DNA from: Octopus sinensis
Lineage: Eukaryota
Assembly: GCF_006345805.1 (NCBI RefSeq)
Contig: NC_043008.1
Span: 74,090,001 to 74,154,000, forward strand
Reading direction: 5' to 3'
DNA: 64,000 nt
Shown here: positions 1-12,224 of the stretch, in pieces
How positions within the stretch are numbered: the stretch's first letter is position 1
How the letters are laid out: each line of letters starts with the position of its first letter
Notes under the pieces: model-generated
Told to the model about the DNA's origin: nothing
The model's database searches: none
The model's input: the letters and a program-made list of their open reading frames with translations, nothing else
Position numbers and translations under genes: made by a program

Positions 1-329
1 ACACAATAACATGAAACACGACGTACATATAGCTCCACTTGCATATTTGAAGGGCTTTTACCTGTGAAAGTTGAAATGATGTGAAGGAAGATATCGATTT
101 GAGAATTCTCTTTCCGCACTCTTTTACAGACAATTATTAGCAAGAGAGGCCTATGAGAAGATACTCGTTTTATTTGAGTAAACAACACGGTTCCTTCTCA
201 TTATCAGAATCTCCATAGTTAACGGCTGTACTATGAATAGCCATTGATTTATCTATATTATAAATGTGTACGGAATTCTGATTTATCCCGTAGTAAAAGG
301 GGCAAGTACGTGATTTCCAGGGTCTAGAG

Positions 330-425
330 GAGTGTAGAACTACCTCTTAGTCACTATTGCTCCAATCTCTACACTGACCCTAAGTAGTAACACCCGTTAT
401 TGTCCCAGCTATTTGTTAACTAGCA
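330..425 (+). repeat. Degenerate SINE-like repeat fragment
   Basis: actacctct...cactattgctccaatctctacactgaccctaagtagtaacacccgttattgtcccagctat resembles a SINE body. Weak. Confidence 0.3.
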
Positions 426-699
426 TGTCAACCATTGGGAGTGTAGGACTCCTGGTTAGAACTTTCTTCTAGGACAAGGCAAAAATACTTGAGTGCAGTC
501 AGTTTCTGGTTGTCTCAAACCATGTTTTACCATAGGTGTTTATAGCCGATTGCATTGAAGAGTAAGTTAAGGGTTGCACAACACCTTAGCCACTCGTGCA
601 TATGTACGTATAGATACATAAACACACACACACATACATATATATATATATTATATATATATATATATATATTTAAATATATGTGTGTGTACATATACA

Positions 700-912
700 C
701 ATATATGTATGTGTTTGTGTTTGTATTTGTTCCACACCTCTTGACAACAGGCGTTGGTTTGTTTACGTCCTAGTAATATCGGCAAAAGAGTTCCATAGAG
801 TAAGATCTAGGCTTAAAAACATTAAGTACTAGATTCGATGTCTTCGGTTAAACCCTTGAAGGCAGTATCCCAGCATAGCTGCAGTTCAATGACCGAAGCA
901 AGTAAAATATAA
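700..912 (+). mobile_element. tRNA-derived SINE family 2, 3' half
   Basis: Shares ttgacaac..ttggtttgtttacgtcc..ggcaaaagag..ccagcat..aatgac.gaa.caagtaaaa with the copies at 25.5, 37.5 and 39.9 kb. Confidence 0.75.
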
Positions 913-933
913 AATGTATGCGTATACATTCAT

Positions 934-1122
<189 letters not shown>

Positions 1123-1624
1123 CGTATATATACACGTATGTGTGTTTATGTATATGTATGCATGCACGTATTTATTGAATAGAAGCATGTATATGCGTAA
1201 AATATATGCTGAGGTCATGACGTTTTTATGTAATCTCTGTTTCAGTTAGGTGTTTTCATACTTTGCACGCATAGAACATATAAATTATAGTGGCGGCCAG
1301 TGTATTATGAATATAATGAATATTCAGGCAAGAGAGAACAAAGAGAGAATAAAGTAATCATTTGGGATGAAAACATTTCTTCTTGAATATTAATATGTAC
1401 CCAGGTCCATGCGTATGTGGATATTTGTGTATGTGCGTGTAAATGGAAGTGTATGCGCGGGGCAAGTTCATTATTTTTAAGAAACCATTATCATGTATTT
1501 CTAAGCCCTTCAACACGTCGTTTTACTTGCATTCTATTTTCAATAACATAGAGCCATTTTAACTGCTTTCTTGTTCCTTAAAGCCAATTCAGTATTACAC
1601 ATTCAGCCATAAAGTCATTGTTCT

Positions 1625-1960
1625 TTTATCTTTAAACTGTTTCAGTCATTGAACTGCAGCCAGGTTGGTGCAATGTCTTGAAGCATGTAGTCGCACAATT
1701 CAACCATGTTTTAAAAGCCAGGTACTTATACTATCTGATTCTTTATGGATGATCAAGTAGTGGTGGGGGACAAGTACAAACACACAGCCACACATACATA
1801 GACATACATACATACATACATACACACAAAGGTCTACTTTCAGTTTCAATCTAAAAAGTCTACCCATAAATGTTTGGTAGACCAGGGGTAATAGTAGAAG
1901 ACATTTACCCATGGTACCACGCAGGAGAATCGTACCTAGAAGCATATTGTTGGGAAGCAA
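1625..1960 (-). mobile_element. tRNA-derived SINE family 2
   Basis: Reverse complement has the head ttgcttcccaaca..taggtacgattc, CORE-like atgggtaaatgtcttctacta, a (CA/TG) tract and the tail aatgactgaaacag. Confidence 0.75.
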
Positions 1961-3534
1961 ACTTGTCTATCTATCCCTCTGTCTATCTATCTATCTACTT
2001 TTCTATCTATCTACCTATCACACGAACACACGCACACACACACAACACACACACATTCCTTTTTTTACAGAATAATTTTCTTCGCAAATGATCAGATAGC
2101 TAATTTATCATATCAAGAACCAAGATCATTCCAACTTCAAGATAAACTGATTCAGTGTTGAAGACTAAACATATTTTCATCAGAATTACAGAGTAACAGA
2201 ACTCGTAACCGATGCAAAACGATTCTACTCAATTATTCAATCGGCCGTCTTATGTTTAGAGAATGATTAATTGAAAATGCGTTCTATAAAGTTAAATTTC
2301 AATAAGATATGACACGTAAGCATTTCCAGTTGTAATGTATTTCTACAGAGAGTGACGTCATTGTCTGACATTCAATTGTCGATACAGAGGCTGGATAGGA
2401 AGAATATAAGTATAGGATTATTGCAGATATTCGGGTTGTACAGGATATCGTCGATATATCCCAGGTGTTATATAACTTTCCAGGAAATTAATGCATTCTC
2501 TTGACACTGTTCTGGTACACTGATGCTTACATGCGTACATATAGTAATCAACAGTCATACCCGCAGATACTCACACATATTTATATATAAACATACACAT
2601 AAGTACTTTAAAATATGTATGTATGTATATATATATATATTATATGTATGTATGTATGGGTGTATGTATGTATTTATGTTTGTATGTGTGTGTGTATGTG
2701 TTATATATATATATATATATACATAAAAAGCGCGTGTAAAACTTTTGCTGTCATCGAAACTAAACACGCTTGTCTAGCAAGAACTCATTTACATTTTCAA
2801 TTATTCAGTTAATTTCCTGACTGTGCAACAATTTATTGGTCACTTCTACAAAGTCATTCTTTCAGCAATGCTGTCAGATGACCCTTGCTTTCCTCTTGTA
2901 ATTGCATACAACGCTACACAGCCGCCAACTCAACCGTCCAGCAAATCACGACATTAGCTGCAGGCTTTTCCTACTCAATATTCTCTTAAATAGAATACCG
3001 ACATTTTGTTTCGTTTCATCTGTCTGTTATTTTTCTCTTGTAATTTTATACACATACTTATTTATACACAACACAAACACACACACAGACGCGCACATAC
3101 ATGTACACACGCATATATATATATATATAAATTATAGATGCTATATTTAATGCGTAATAAATGAAAAGTTATTTTTTAAAAAACGTAAAGAAAATTTTCT
3201 CTAAATTGAATTATATATATATATATATCAAACTGTATCTCTCTCTCTCCTCTCTCTCTCTCTATATATATATATATAATATATATATATATATGTGTGT
3301 GTGTATGTGTGTGTGTGTGTGTATCTATATATATATATATATATATATCGAATTGTATATATCTCTATATATACATAGAAGTTAGTAATAACGAATACAA
3401 AAATGTACTTATATACTTATATGCTTGTATATGTATGCGTACGTTCGTGTGCGCACTTCTATAGACTTACATATTCGTGTGTTTGTGTGTCTGTGTGTGA
3501 CCGTGTGTCTATGTGTGGTTGTACGTATATATGT

Positions 3535-3900
3535 CATTGCACAAAGTCTCTGCAAAAATGAAGACGAAGCGATAATACTGAATCCAAAATATAGATTTAC
3601 ATTATCTTCAAGGAGAGATATACGCAGCATTTGGCATCGTTCAAAGACGAAGAGAAAAGACACACAACATCTTTATTCCTATATACTGTCGATACTTAAA
3701 GAGAGGAGCGTGAACAGCCCACGTATAAACTGGAGCATCATAGCTAAGGCCAGCAAATATAGGGGACAGGGCAGCAAATGTGACCTCTGTATCACCGAAA
3801 AAGTTTAATAGTATAACATGAACAATGAACGTTTAAAATATTATTTCTCTCATGCATGCGCAAGAAGCAATTTATACTTCGAAATTTCAAGCATGACTCC
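3535..3900 (+). mobile_element. Penelope-like element remnant, C-terminal part of the GIY-YIG endonuclease
   Basis: ORF 3425-3808 ends LYSYILSILKE..INWSIIAKASKYRGQGSKCDLCITEK and continues SCMRKKQFIL in another frame. This is a typical PLE endonuclease tail, of the same type as 39.4-39.6 kb. Confidence 0.7.
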
Positions 3901-4619
3901 CACCTGCTTTGCCACCCGTCCATCATGGGTAGGTTTCTTGATATCGCTTACATGCAGATTATGCTTTATGTATACTTTAAATATTAACGACGTATACTTT
4001 CATGAACTTATACTGGATTCCCTAACTATATATATTTATACATATTTCGCATATTCATAACATCACATAATACACAGGGTAATCAAGTGTATATGAACTT
4101 ATGAATTCACACGTCTACGGATCAAATTTTGAGTCAGAAATATATGAAACACCATATATAACGATATACATATATTAGAATATGAACCACAGGCACCCTC
4201 TATGTGTTTCTGTATGTGTATGTGTGTGTGATTGCGCGTGTGTGTGTGCGCGCGTGTGTTTGGGCCTGCACGATCTTTCTCGCATAAGACAGTTTGAGGA
4301 ACGCAAGGGCTTGCGAAATTTCCAGGCTGATATAAGTGAGATACCAGTTGATATATTCTTGTCAGTCACCTCACATGATCTATGCATCTATTTCGAAATC
4401 TCATCCAGTCCCGTGAAACTTCATGCGTTCTCATCAAAAATAGAGACGAGTACGTACGCGTCCATGTGGACCGCGTTACCAACTGTGAAAATCTTTTCAC
4501 ATCTAAACGTTGGTTGTCTTCTTAATCCACAAATAAAGAAAATTTATGCACCATTGAACTGTTGAGCACTGATTCTCACTTTTCACTATTAGAGTTTGCA
4601 TATATATATATATATATAT

Positions 4620-4655
<36 letters not shown>

Positions 4656-4904
4656 AGCGGTTATACTAACCGACTAAGCGATAAAATGTCCATTTATATT
4701 ATCGGTATCCGTTACCTGTATTATCCCCGGGCGTTTATGTGCAAGCACACTATACACGTCGTGTGCAGGTAACAACAGGATAAACAAGAGTTTATCAAGA
4801 ACGAATGCAAGTAATTAAAAAATGGAGAAAACCATAGATTAACCAACAGATCGAATGGACCACATTTATATCTTATTTATTAATACAAAGCATGACAAAA
4901 CAAA

Positions 4905-5020
4905 TCTTACAGCCGTTTCTAATCAGATTACCAGAATGCAGTGTATACATAAATAGGAGAATAAAAAAATTATTCATATTCGTAGGGCATTCGAATTAAG
5001 GCAATATATCTTCATCAGAG
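4905..5020 (-). ncRNA. Type I hammerhead ribozyme with a long (~90 nt) stem II, in a PLE pLTR remnant (~4790-5095)
   Basis: Minus strand: CT-CUGAUGA-A-[gat..attgcc..gaatgc / gcattc..ggtaat..att]-A-GAAAC-GGCU-GUA-AG. Stem I is reduced to 2 bp. Confidence 0.6.
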
Positions 5021-5094
5021 TGAAAAGCAAGAGCATACAATATGAACAAAAGGAAGAAGGAACAGGAAAGAAAACATGGCTTAGACAAATAGCC

Positions 5095-6345
5095 TAGAAG
5101 CCAAATATGTTAAGTGACTCTTTCATCTACGCTCTTGTAGCCCTGATGGTAAATTTATTTGCGTCAAGGAGCTGCCTTCGATGTCTTATGATGTTATCAG
5201 CCTCATCTATGCAAACTTGGTCAAGAGATGCACTTCGACGCTTAGTGGTTAAAAGATGTTGCCGAAGGGAAATGATGCGACATTCAAAGGCATTTTGGAT
5301 CTATGTTAAGCCTCTGCCGCCTTGTTTACGTTTTAGATAGAGGCGGTCTACGTCACTGTTTATTGTGGAAATTATGTGTTAGTATTTTTCTGGTTTTCAC
5401 ATCAATGGCTCGGATTTCATAAGCGTCGAATGAAGCAGCTCAAATGTTGGTATGAGTACTGGCACTGCAAACACATTGTGGGCCACTGTTTTATTGAACG
5501 CAGTGAGACCCAGACTTTCTTTATTTGGCTGTAATATTCTTTAGTGACATGTGTCTTGTTACAGGTGCCATTGTAAGATATATTTTCACCCACCCCCAGA
5601 TATCTGTAACATTCCTCGTTAGATACAGGTAAACTGTCAAATCATTGCCGCCGATGTTACTAGTCTGGTTTATGATTTTCCCCTTATCACATCATCTCTC
5701 CTGACCAACCTCCAGCCCTAAATCCTTTGAAAATGTTGTAACTAGTTCAAGGCCCTTGTTCACCTTATGCATATTCTTTGCACAAAGAAACAGTGTGCAA
5801 TTTTGGTATTTCTATTTCCTTGTGAACCAGTGAGATATCTTTCAGACTTCCTTAACATGAATGACAAGGGGTTTACAGAAAGTATAAACATCACAGAGAC
5901 GCTGTCTCCTTGGAATATGTCTTTGCGATATTGTGTTCTAGAGGTGGTAATACAGTCACTCTTAACATCGGTTAATTTATACACGGTGGCCCACGATGAA
6001 GGCAGGTTAGCTATTCTCACTTGAATTTTAGCAAGCCGAAGGGCTTCTAGCATCCATGAGTGGGGAACAGAGTGAAAGGCTTTCTCGTAATCTAGCCACA
6101 TTGAAACTAGTTTCCTCGTATGCTCTTGCACCTCTGACATCACAGTTTTGCTAATTAGCAATTGCTCGACACATCCTCAGAATCTCTTTTTCTCAGCTGC
6201 TCGTTCTGCTGTGATAATGTTATTGGTTTCACAATGGTTTGTCAGTTTTCATTGTTCGATTATTTTGTATTTTGTCGCTGGTTTATTGGGGATCACCGAG
6301 CAGAATTCTTTCCTCAACCGATAACATATTATGCAGCTGCGACTT
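5095..6345 (-). mobile_element. R4/Dong-clade non-LTR retrotransposon fragment (RT and thumb), decayed
   Basis: ORF 5760-6161 has WLDYEKAFHSVPHSWMLEAL and IFQGDSVS. Downstream on the minus strand: NSDVDRLYL..KQGGRGL..IQNAFECRIISLRQHL. Confidence 0.85.
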
Positions 6346-6489
6346 AAAGTGGTCAAGAATTAAGTTATTACTATAAAAGATAGCTTAACTGCATATTCGT
6401 AGTTTTCACTGCTCTTCATGAATTAGACAAAATATACATTTTATTCATAAATAGATGTGATCCCGAAGGGATGAAATAAATACAAATAT

Positions 6490-6712
6490 GGTTTCGAAAT
6501 TTTGCCACTAACCCAGCAATTACAGGGAAGTGCGCTGATCGATTACATCAGCCCAGTTTTCGAGTAGTTCGTATTTTATCGACCTCGAGAGGACGAAAGG
6601 TAAAGAATTTTAACTCAGAACGTATAAACGGATGAAATGCCGCTAAGCATTAACGATTTTGTGTGCTAACGATTCTGCCAAGTGCCGATTTGAAATAAAT
6701 GTAAGCCGCCTT
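6490..6712 (-). mobile_element. tRNA-derived SINE family 1
   Basis: Reverse complement: ttggcagaatcgttagcacac..gcttagcggcatttc..cgttctgagtt..cctttcgtcctctcgaggtcgataaaata. Confidence 0.8.
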
Positions 6713-6744
6713 GAAATATATTAAGAAAGCCTTAGTGTAGGGGG

Positions 6745-7470
6745 TCATTATAAGGATGCAGAAACATGCTTTGTTTGTTTGGGGTTGGGGGGTTGGGGGG
6801 GTAGGCCTTTTATGAAGTGTAAACTAGTATTTAAGAAAGTGAGCTCAGATGAAGTTTGTGACGAGACAACGTATCGGTAATTATGAGGGTAAAAGGTGAA
6901 ATTAGTTGAGTTGCGACAAGTGGTTATGGTAGGAAAAATCGGATCAGTAATGTTCACTTTAAATCCGTGGTAATTCGTCCGAGGAAGTGTTTGTTAGTTT
7001 GGTATTCATGTACTGAGGAAGTAGGTCAAGAACTAGAAATCTTGGATGTGTTGATAGAACAATCTATAAAGGTGCTGCACAAGATTATTAATAAAAAAAC
7101 TTGTACATGGAAGCTAGAGAGTACTCATAACTCGTGAACTATAGGTAAGGAGTATTTATACACAGGGAAATTTAACTTTGAAAGTATTTGTAGGAAGTAA
7201 AACTGAAGATAGGAAGATGAAGCTGAAAGAGGTTACTGAATGAGATTCATTGTGTTAGGGGAAACACTGTATTTCAAACATATTTTTAGCAAATTGAATA
7301 TAGAGGCCTATGTTCTTTTGTCGTTTAAAGTTAATAAACTCATCAGGACAGTAAGTTTATCCTGCTTCGAGCGTAAGATTACACTAGATTAATTTATGTG
7401 AAGCTTGTGTAAAAGAGTTAAATATCTTTTAGAGAACTAATATGATGTAAATTGAAAATTAACCAATGAA
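6745..7470 (-). mobile_element. Probable PLE 5' remnant with a broken hammerhead at ~7311-7350
   Basis: RYVVSSQTSSELTFLNTSLHF resembles the PLE N-terminal VVNLS..L..E...L.KGL.F motif. Upstream: TGTC-CTGATGA-GTTTA(ttaactt)TAAAC-GACA. Confidence 0.45.
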
Positions 7471-8544
7471 AGCAAAAGCAAAACAAAATCAACGCTTTAC
7501 TGTCCTATACTTTAGCTTTTACATTTTAGATTTTTGTTTTTTTCCGTTCTGAAAACAAGAGAAAAATATTGCTAATGAGCTTAGCTCTGTTCTGCCGTGA
7601 TATGAGGATGGAGGTATTACATTCAGAGACTGTTAGAGCTGTATCACTCAATTAGCGACACGCACAACTTGTCTATTGTTGACAAAAGGATTTAGTTTAT
7701 TAATAAGAATATCTAACATATTCATCCTTATATTCGCTGCATTCAGTTCTGTTGTTCTGATGCTGACCACAGCATCCTGAATATGACATCGCTACAGAAT
7801 TTTTTGAACAAAAGAAATGCTTGTATTATACATTCTTAATGTCAGATGCACAGTTCGCAAGTAGTACTATCGATTTGGTATGTGCGTGTGTGTGTATGTG
7901 TGTATATTTGTGTGTGCATGTGTGTGTAATAAAATAAAATGCTGCTGTATAACAGAAGATGCAGAAGATCTATGGATAAAACTTATTCCACCCATGACCA
8001 TCGCTTGTTAAGTGTATTGATGACTGCATTCTTTTTAACGATACGCTGAGGTACATTCTTTAATTTGCTATATCCCTATTAAAGACAGTCATTAATGATT
8101 CGAGGGAAATATTTCTGATGTTTTTGTCAGCTCGAGTAACTATGCAGCGGCTCCCTTTTTTTATCTGTAATTACTATTTTGAACCCTAATAAAATTAACG
8201 ATTTCACAACGAATTTCGGCAGAGTTTTACACATAAAAATGCGGGATATAATTGCATCAGCAACCCTCTTATTCTACTTTCTCTGTACAAGATAACAATA
8301 GTGATGATACTGAGAGCGTAAGCTCACTCACTCCTGTCCGCCACCACTGGAACCGGAGCGCTGTCGGATAATTGAATTTTCCGAATATCTCATCATTTAC
8401 TTTTTAAGTTACTCAAACACCTTGCAAAATACATTAAAATTCTATATATGCATCGGTATCAATATTATTATTCTGAGTATAATAGAAATGAGAGTTATAT
8501 GAAGGGATAGAAGTGTAAATTAAGTAAAGAATAGATTTTATTAA

Positions 8545-8612
<68 letters not shown>

Positions 8613-8739
8613 CATGTAACATAAAATAAATTTAAACATTGTACTTTGAGAAGCAGCAATCCATTTTTGATACGGTACAAATTCCTTTTGAATATCAGTT
8701 AATTCATGTGTATTAGCACAAATTCTCTCTATTCTAATT

Positions 8740-8880
8740 AAAAATACCATGTAGACGAACCAATGTCATATTCATCCATCAACTGTCTACGAGTTGTAAT
8801 CTTCTCAAGGCGAGAACATATCCATCTTCTGTTCAAGGGACGGTAGAATTATTTTGCGTTCATCAAATGAAAACATTAAT
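8740..8880 (-). mobile_element. pogo/Tigger (CENP-B/Jerky-like) transposase N-terminal HTH remnant
   Basis: Minus strand reads SLEQKMDMFS..(frameshift)..RRQLMDEYDIGSST, close to the Jerky/TIGD HTH_psq pattern TL.EK.DIC.RLE.G.SR..LM.EYN.G.STLYDI. Confidence 0.6.
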
Positions 8881-9099
8881 CTGGAAGAGTTTTGAAAAAC
8901 ATGAGAGTGACTGACCGATGCTGGCACCTGGTGACCGGTGGCAAAACAATCATTCGGCGCCAAACTTGAACCAGCCCTCGGGCGAATATTAGTTTTATTA
9001 TTTATTTATGTATAGATTAATTTACATTTATGTGTGTGCAGGATGTTTGCGAGTTCCATTAATTTGTGTACAGTATAAAACAGGTTTTACTATAAAAAC

Positions 9100-9290
9100 G
9101 GTTTGCAATTTTAGCACAAGGCCAGTAATTTCGAGGAAGATTCTAGTCAATACATCAAACCAAATGCTTAATTTGGCTCTTATTTTATCGGATACGAAAT
9201 AATAAAAGGCATAGACGATCTTAATGAACGAAATGACAAGAGGCATTTCGCCGTGCATCCTAACGATTCTGCTAGCTCACCACCTTGAAG
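9100..9290 (-). mobile_element. tRNA-derived SINE family 1
   Basis: Reverse-complement head aaggtggtgagctagcagaatcgttagg, degenerate central domain. Confidence 0.75.
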
Positions 9291-9317
9291 ATATTATTAT
9301 TGTCATTTTTCTTTTAA

Positions 9318-9515
9318 GCCAGTGAGCGCGCCGGTCAAAATTCTTAGAGGCATTTTGTCCACCTTTACGTTCTGAGATCAAATTCCGTCGTGATAGTCTT
9401 TGCCTTCCACTCTTTCAATCTCGATGAAATAAGTACTTAGTGAGTTCTGGCGTCGATTTAATTGAGTAGCCCCTCACCTAAAATTTCAGGCTTTGTACCT
9501 TTAACAGAAGGGATT
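9318..9515 (+). mobile_element. tRNA-derived SINE family 1, head-to-head with the previous copy
   Basis: cgttctgagatcaaattcc..ctttgccttccactctttc..tcgatgaaataagtac..aaatttcaggctttgtacct. Confidence 0.75.
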
Positions 9516-9519
9516 ATCT

Positions 9520-11900
9520 TTGGAGTGGGTGTGTCATCTTTTATTGAAGTCTGAAAAAATTCCAATTTAGACACCAACCCTGCATCCAGTCTGAATTTTC
9601 TCCTCCTGGCTATAATATACACCGGAGTCTAGGCTTTTTGAAGAACAGAGTGTGACGGGTGACACCAGCCCATGCCACTTAATGCAAATTCATTGTGGAG
9701 TTAATTTGAAGGTGAGTTGAAAGTCCTATGACAATTGCATATGGCGACGGAAACGAGCAAAGGCTGTTGCTGGAAGATTCTTGTTAGCGTCTTAAATAGG
9801 CGGCAGAGTGTGATGGATGTGCTTTTGTAGATTCCGAAGGCACCTGCCAGAATCGTGTCCTCTTTTGTCTGGTAATCAGTCCTCTTTCGAACCTTTCATC
9901 CAAAACTGGAGGCGGAGTGAGCGAAGGAACCCTTAAAAAGTGTTGTTTTCAATACATGTGGCATTAAATGCAGATGTGTTGCCATCTAATTTTTTGCTTT
10001 CGAGAAAAAGATAAGAAAAATAAAAGAAACAAGTTTTAGTTGTAAGAATTTTATAAGACATTATCGAACAAATAACAGCAATAATCGCAAAGGTAATCGG
10101 CTCATATAATATTAATACTGTTGTTCTAAGCGAAGCCTGGCTCGCAGATTCTGATGAATTATAAGTTGGGAGTTGTTATACATTTCATTCTTTTATGAAC
10201 AGAAAGCCGACAGATTTTGATTTGCCATTAAATTGTCTTTACTTTGTACGTTGCATCCATCCTTCAAGCTGCTGGTGAGTGTCTCATGACCTTTCGTTTA
10301 CCCGCAAGCATTTCTTCATTTATGCATGATCAGTGCATAGGCACCTACTTTATTAACATCTGAGAAAGAACATAATATTTTCTATTCTAAATTGCAAGCA
10401 ATTAACAGTAAAATTCTGCATCATTACAGAGTCATATTAATGGGCAATCTTAATACCAGAACAGGTATCAAACACACATTGTGGTTGAAAGTAATAGGAA
10501 AACATGGAACAAGAAAGATAAATGCGAGTGGCTTATGACTGTTGCCTTTTTATCAACAACTTAATTTAACCATAACAAACACAATATTTCAACAGGTATG
10601 AAAACACCTGGAAACATCCTCGGTCTGGTAACTGGAACATGTTTGATGACGTTATAATTTGGAGCAAAGATTGCAGTGATGTCAAAGCTCACAAATCTCC
10701 CAGGTGTTACTCAGATGACAGAATGGCTCGCAGTAAGGTATTTGTTAAAACATATAGAAAGCGGTCATTCAGATCCAACATTCCTCCTAGCAGATTCGTT
10801 TATTGCAAGCATCAAGATTGGTTTGAAGAGAATGATTTTCAAATCAAATATCTCCTTTGTTAAAGTCAGTTCTGAGGCACTTTGAAATGTTTTATCAGAA
10901 GTTGGTCTCCCTAATAGAATTATAAGGGCAGTAGTATACATGCAGGAAAGAATGACGGCAAACGTGATATATCATAAGCAACGTTCAGAGGCATTTTGTT
11001 TCCACTGGTGGTCAACTAAATCTAAATGAGCAAAGCTTCAGATCAAAGAAAAAGACTCTGCGTGAGTTTCTGTTCGTTGATGATTGTGCTTTGATTTTTT
11101 CTTACATTCGAAGGAATTCAGGAAACGATTGGCAAGTTTGCCGCGGCAGCTATTGCTTTTGCGGTGACTAACAGCATAAAGGAAACTGAAGTTTTATTCC
11201 ATCCAAAGCCTGAGGTAGAAATGTTGAAGATTCAAATGTGATTATTGACAATAAGCTACTCAAATGTGTAAAGTCATTTAAATGTTTTGGCAATACAGTA
11301 AACTTTAAGAGTTTTCTTGATGAAATCAATATTACATTATTTTAGGTAACAAATGCACTTGGAAAACTTTCCCATCTTTTCTGGAATGAACAGGGTGTCA
11401 GTTTGAAAACCAAAATAAGTGTATACAAATCTTGTATTTTGAGTACATTTTTTGTATAGAGCAGAAACATGAGCAGAAACATTCGTTACTATAGGCATAC
11501 AGGAAAATTTGGAAACTTTCTCATGAGCTATCTGCGCAATATCTGCAACATAACAGAGTAAGATAAGATATCAAATGCTAAAAGCTTCCAAAAAATTTAT
11601 AAGTCCGGTACTGAATGCTCAAATGCAGGATGATCGCACTCTTCTAAGGTATGAGGCTAAGTTGAAACAATCTCTAAAATCCCAACAGCGTAATTTAACA
11701 TCCTGGGAAAGTTATTCTCTAGACCGAACTGAGTAATGTAAAATGTTATGATGCATCTTAACAATTTCATTTGATGAAACAGAACAACGAAAGAATTATT
11801 TCCTGCAGTCAGCAGACACATATGTCCAGTCTCAGAAAAATCATCATTATTCCTATTACAACTAAACTCAAATTCCATTCACGCATCCGTCGCCAAGAGA
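9520..11900 (+). mobile_element. RTE-clade (BovB-like) LINE, decayed and internally deleted
   Basis: AP endonuclease motifs (VVLSEAWL, APTL, LMGNLNTRTG, VIGKHG, LTITNTIFQQ, TWKHPRSGNWNMFDDVI, SDDRM) at ~10050-10750. RT LREFLFVDDCAL at ~11060 and thumb region to ~11640. The 5' boundary is uncertain. Confidence 0.85.
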
Positions 11901-11986
11901 TGCAGATTCGGTTTTTCTTTTTTTAATTATTCTTTCCATTTTCCTTAAAAACACACTCGTACGTCGAAATCGCCGGCTGTACCCAT

Positions 11987-12222
<236 letters not shown>

Positions 12223-12224
12223 CT

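Noticed and set aside
4262-4590. GC-richer segment with a 127 aa ORF, possibly a DNA transposase remnant
   Set aside because: No motif I can name with confidence.
9835-9935. Possible HDV-like ribozyme in the RTE 5' UTR (gccaga/tctggt, tcctc, gcgaagg)
   Set aside because: I could not build P1.1 and P2 convincingly by eye; it needs a covariance or RNAMotif search.
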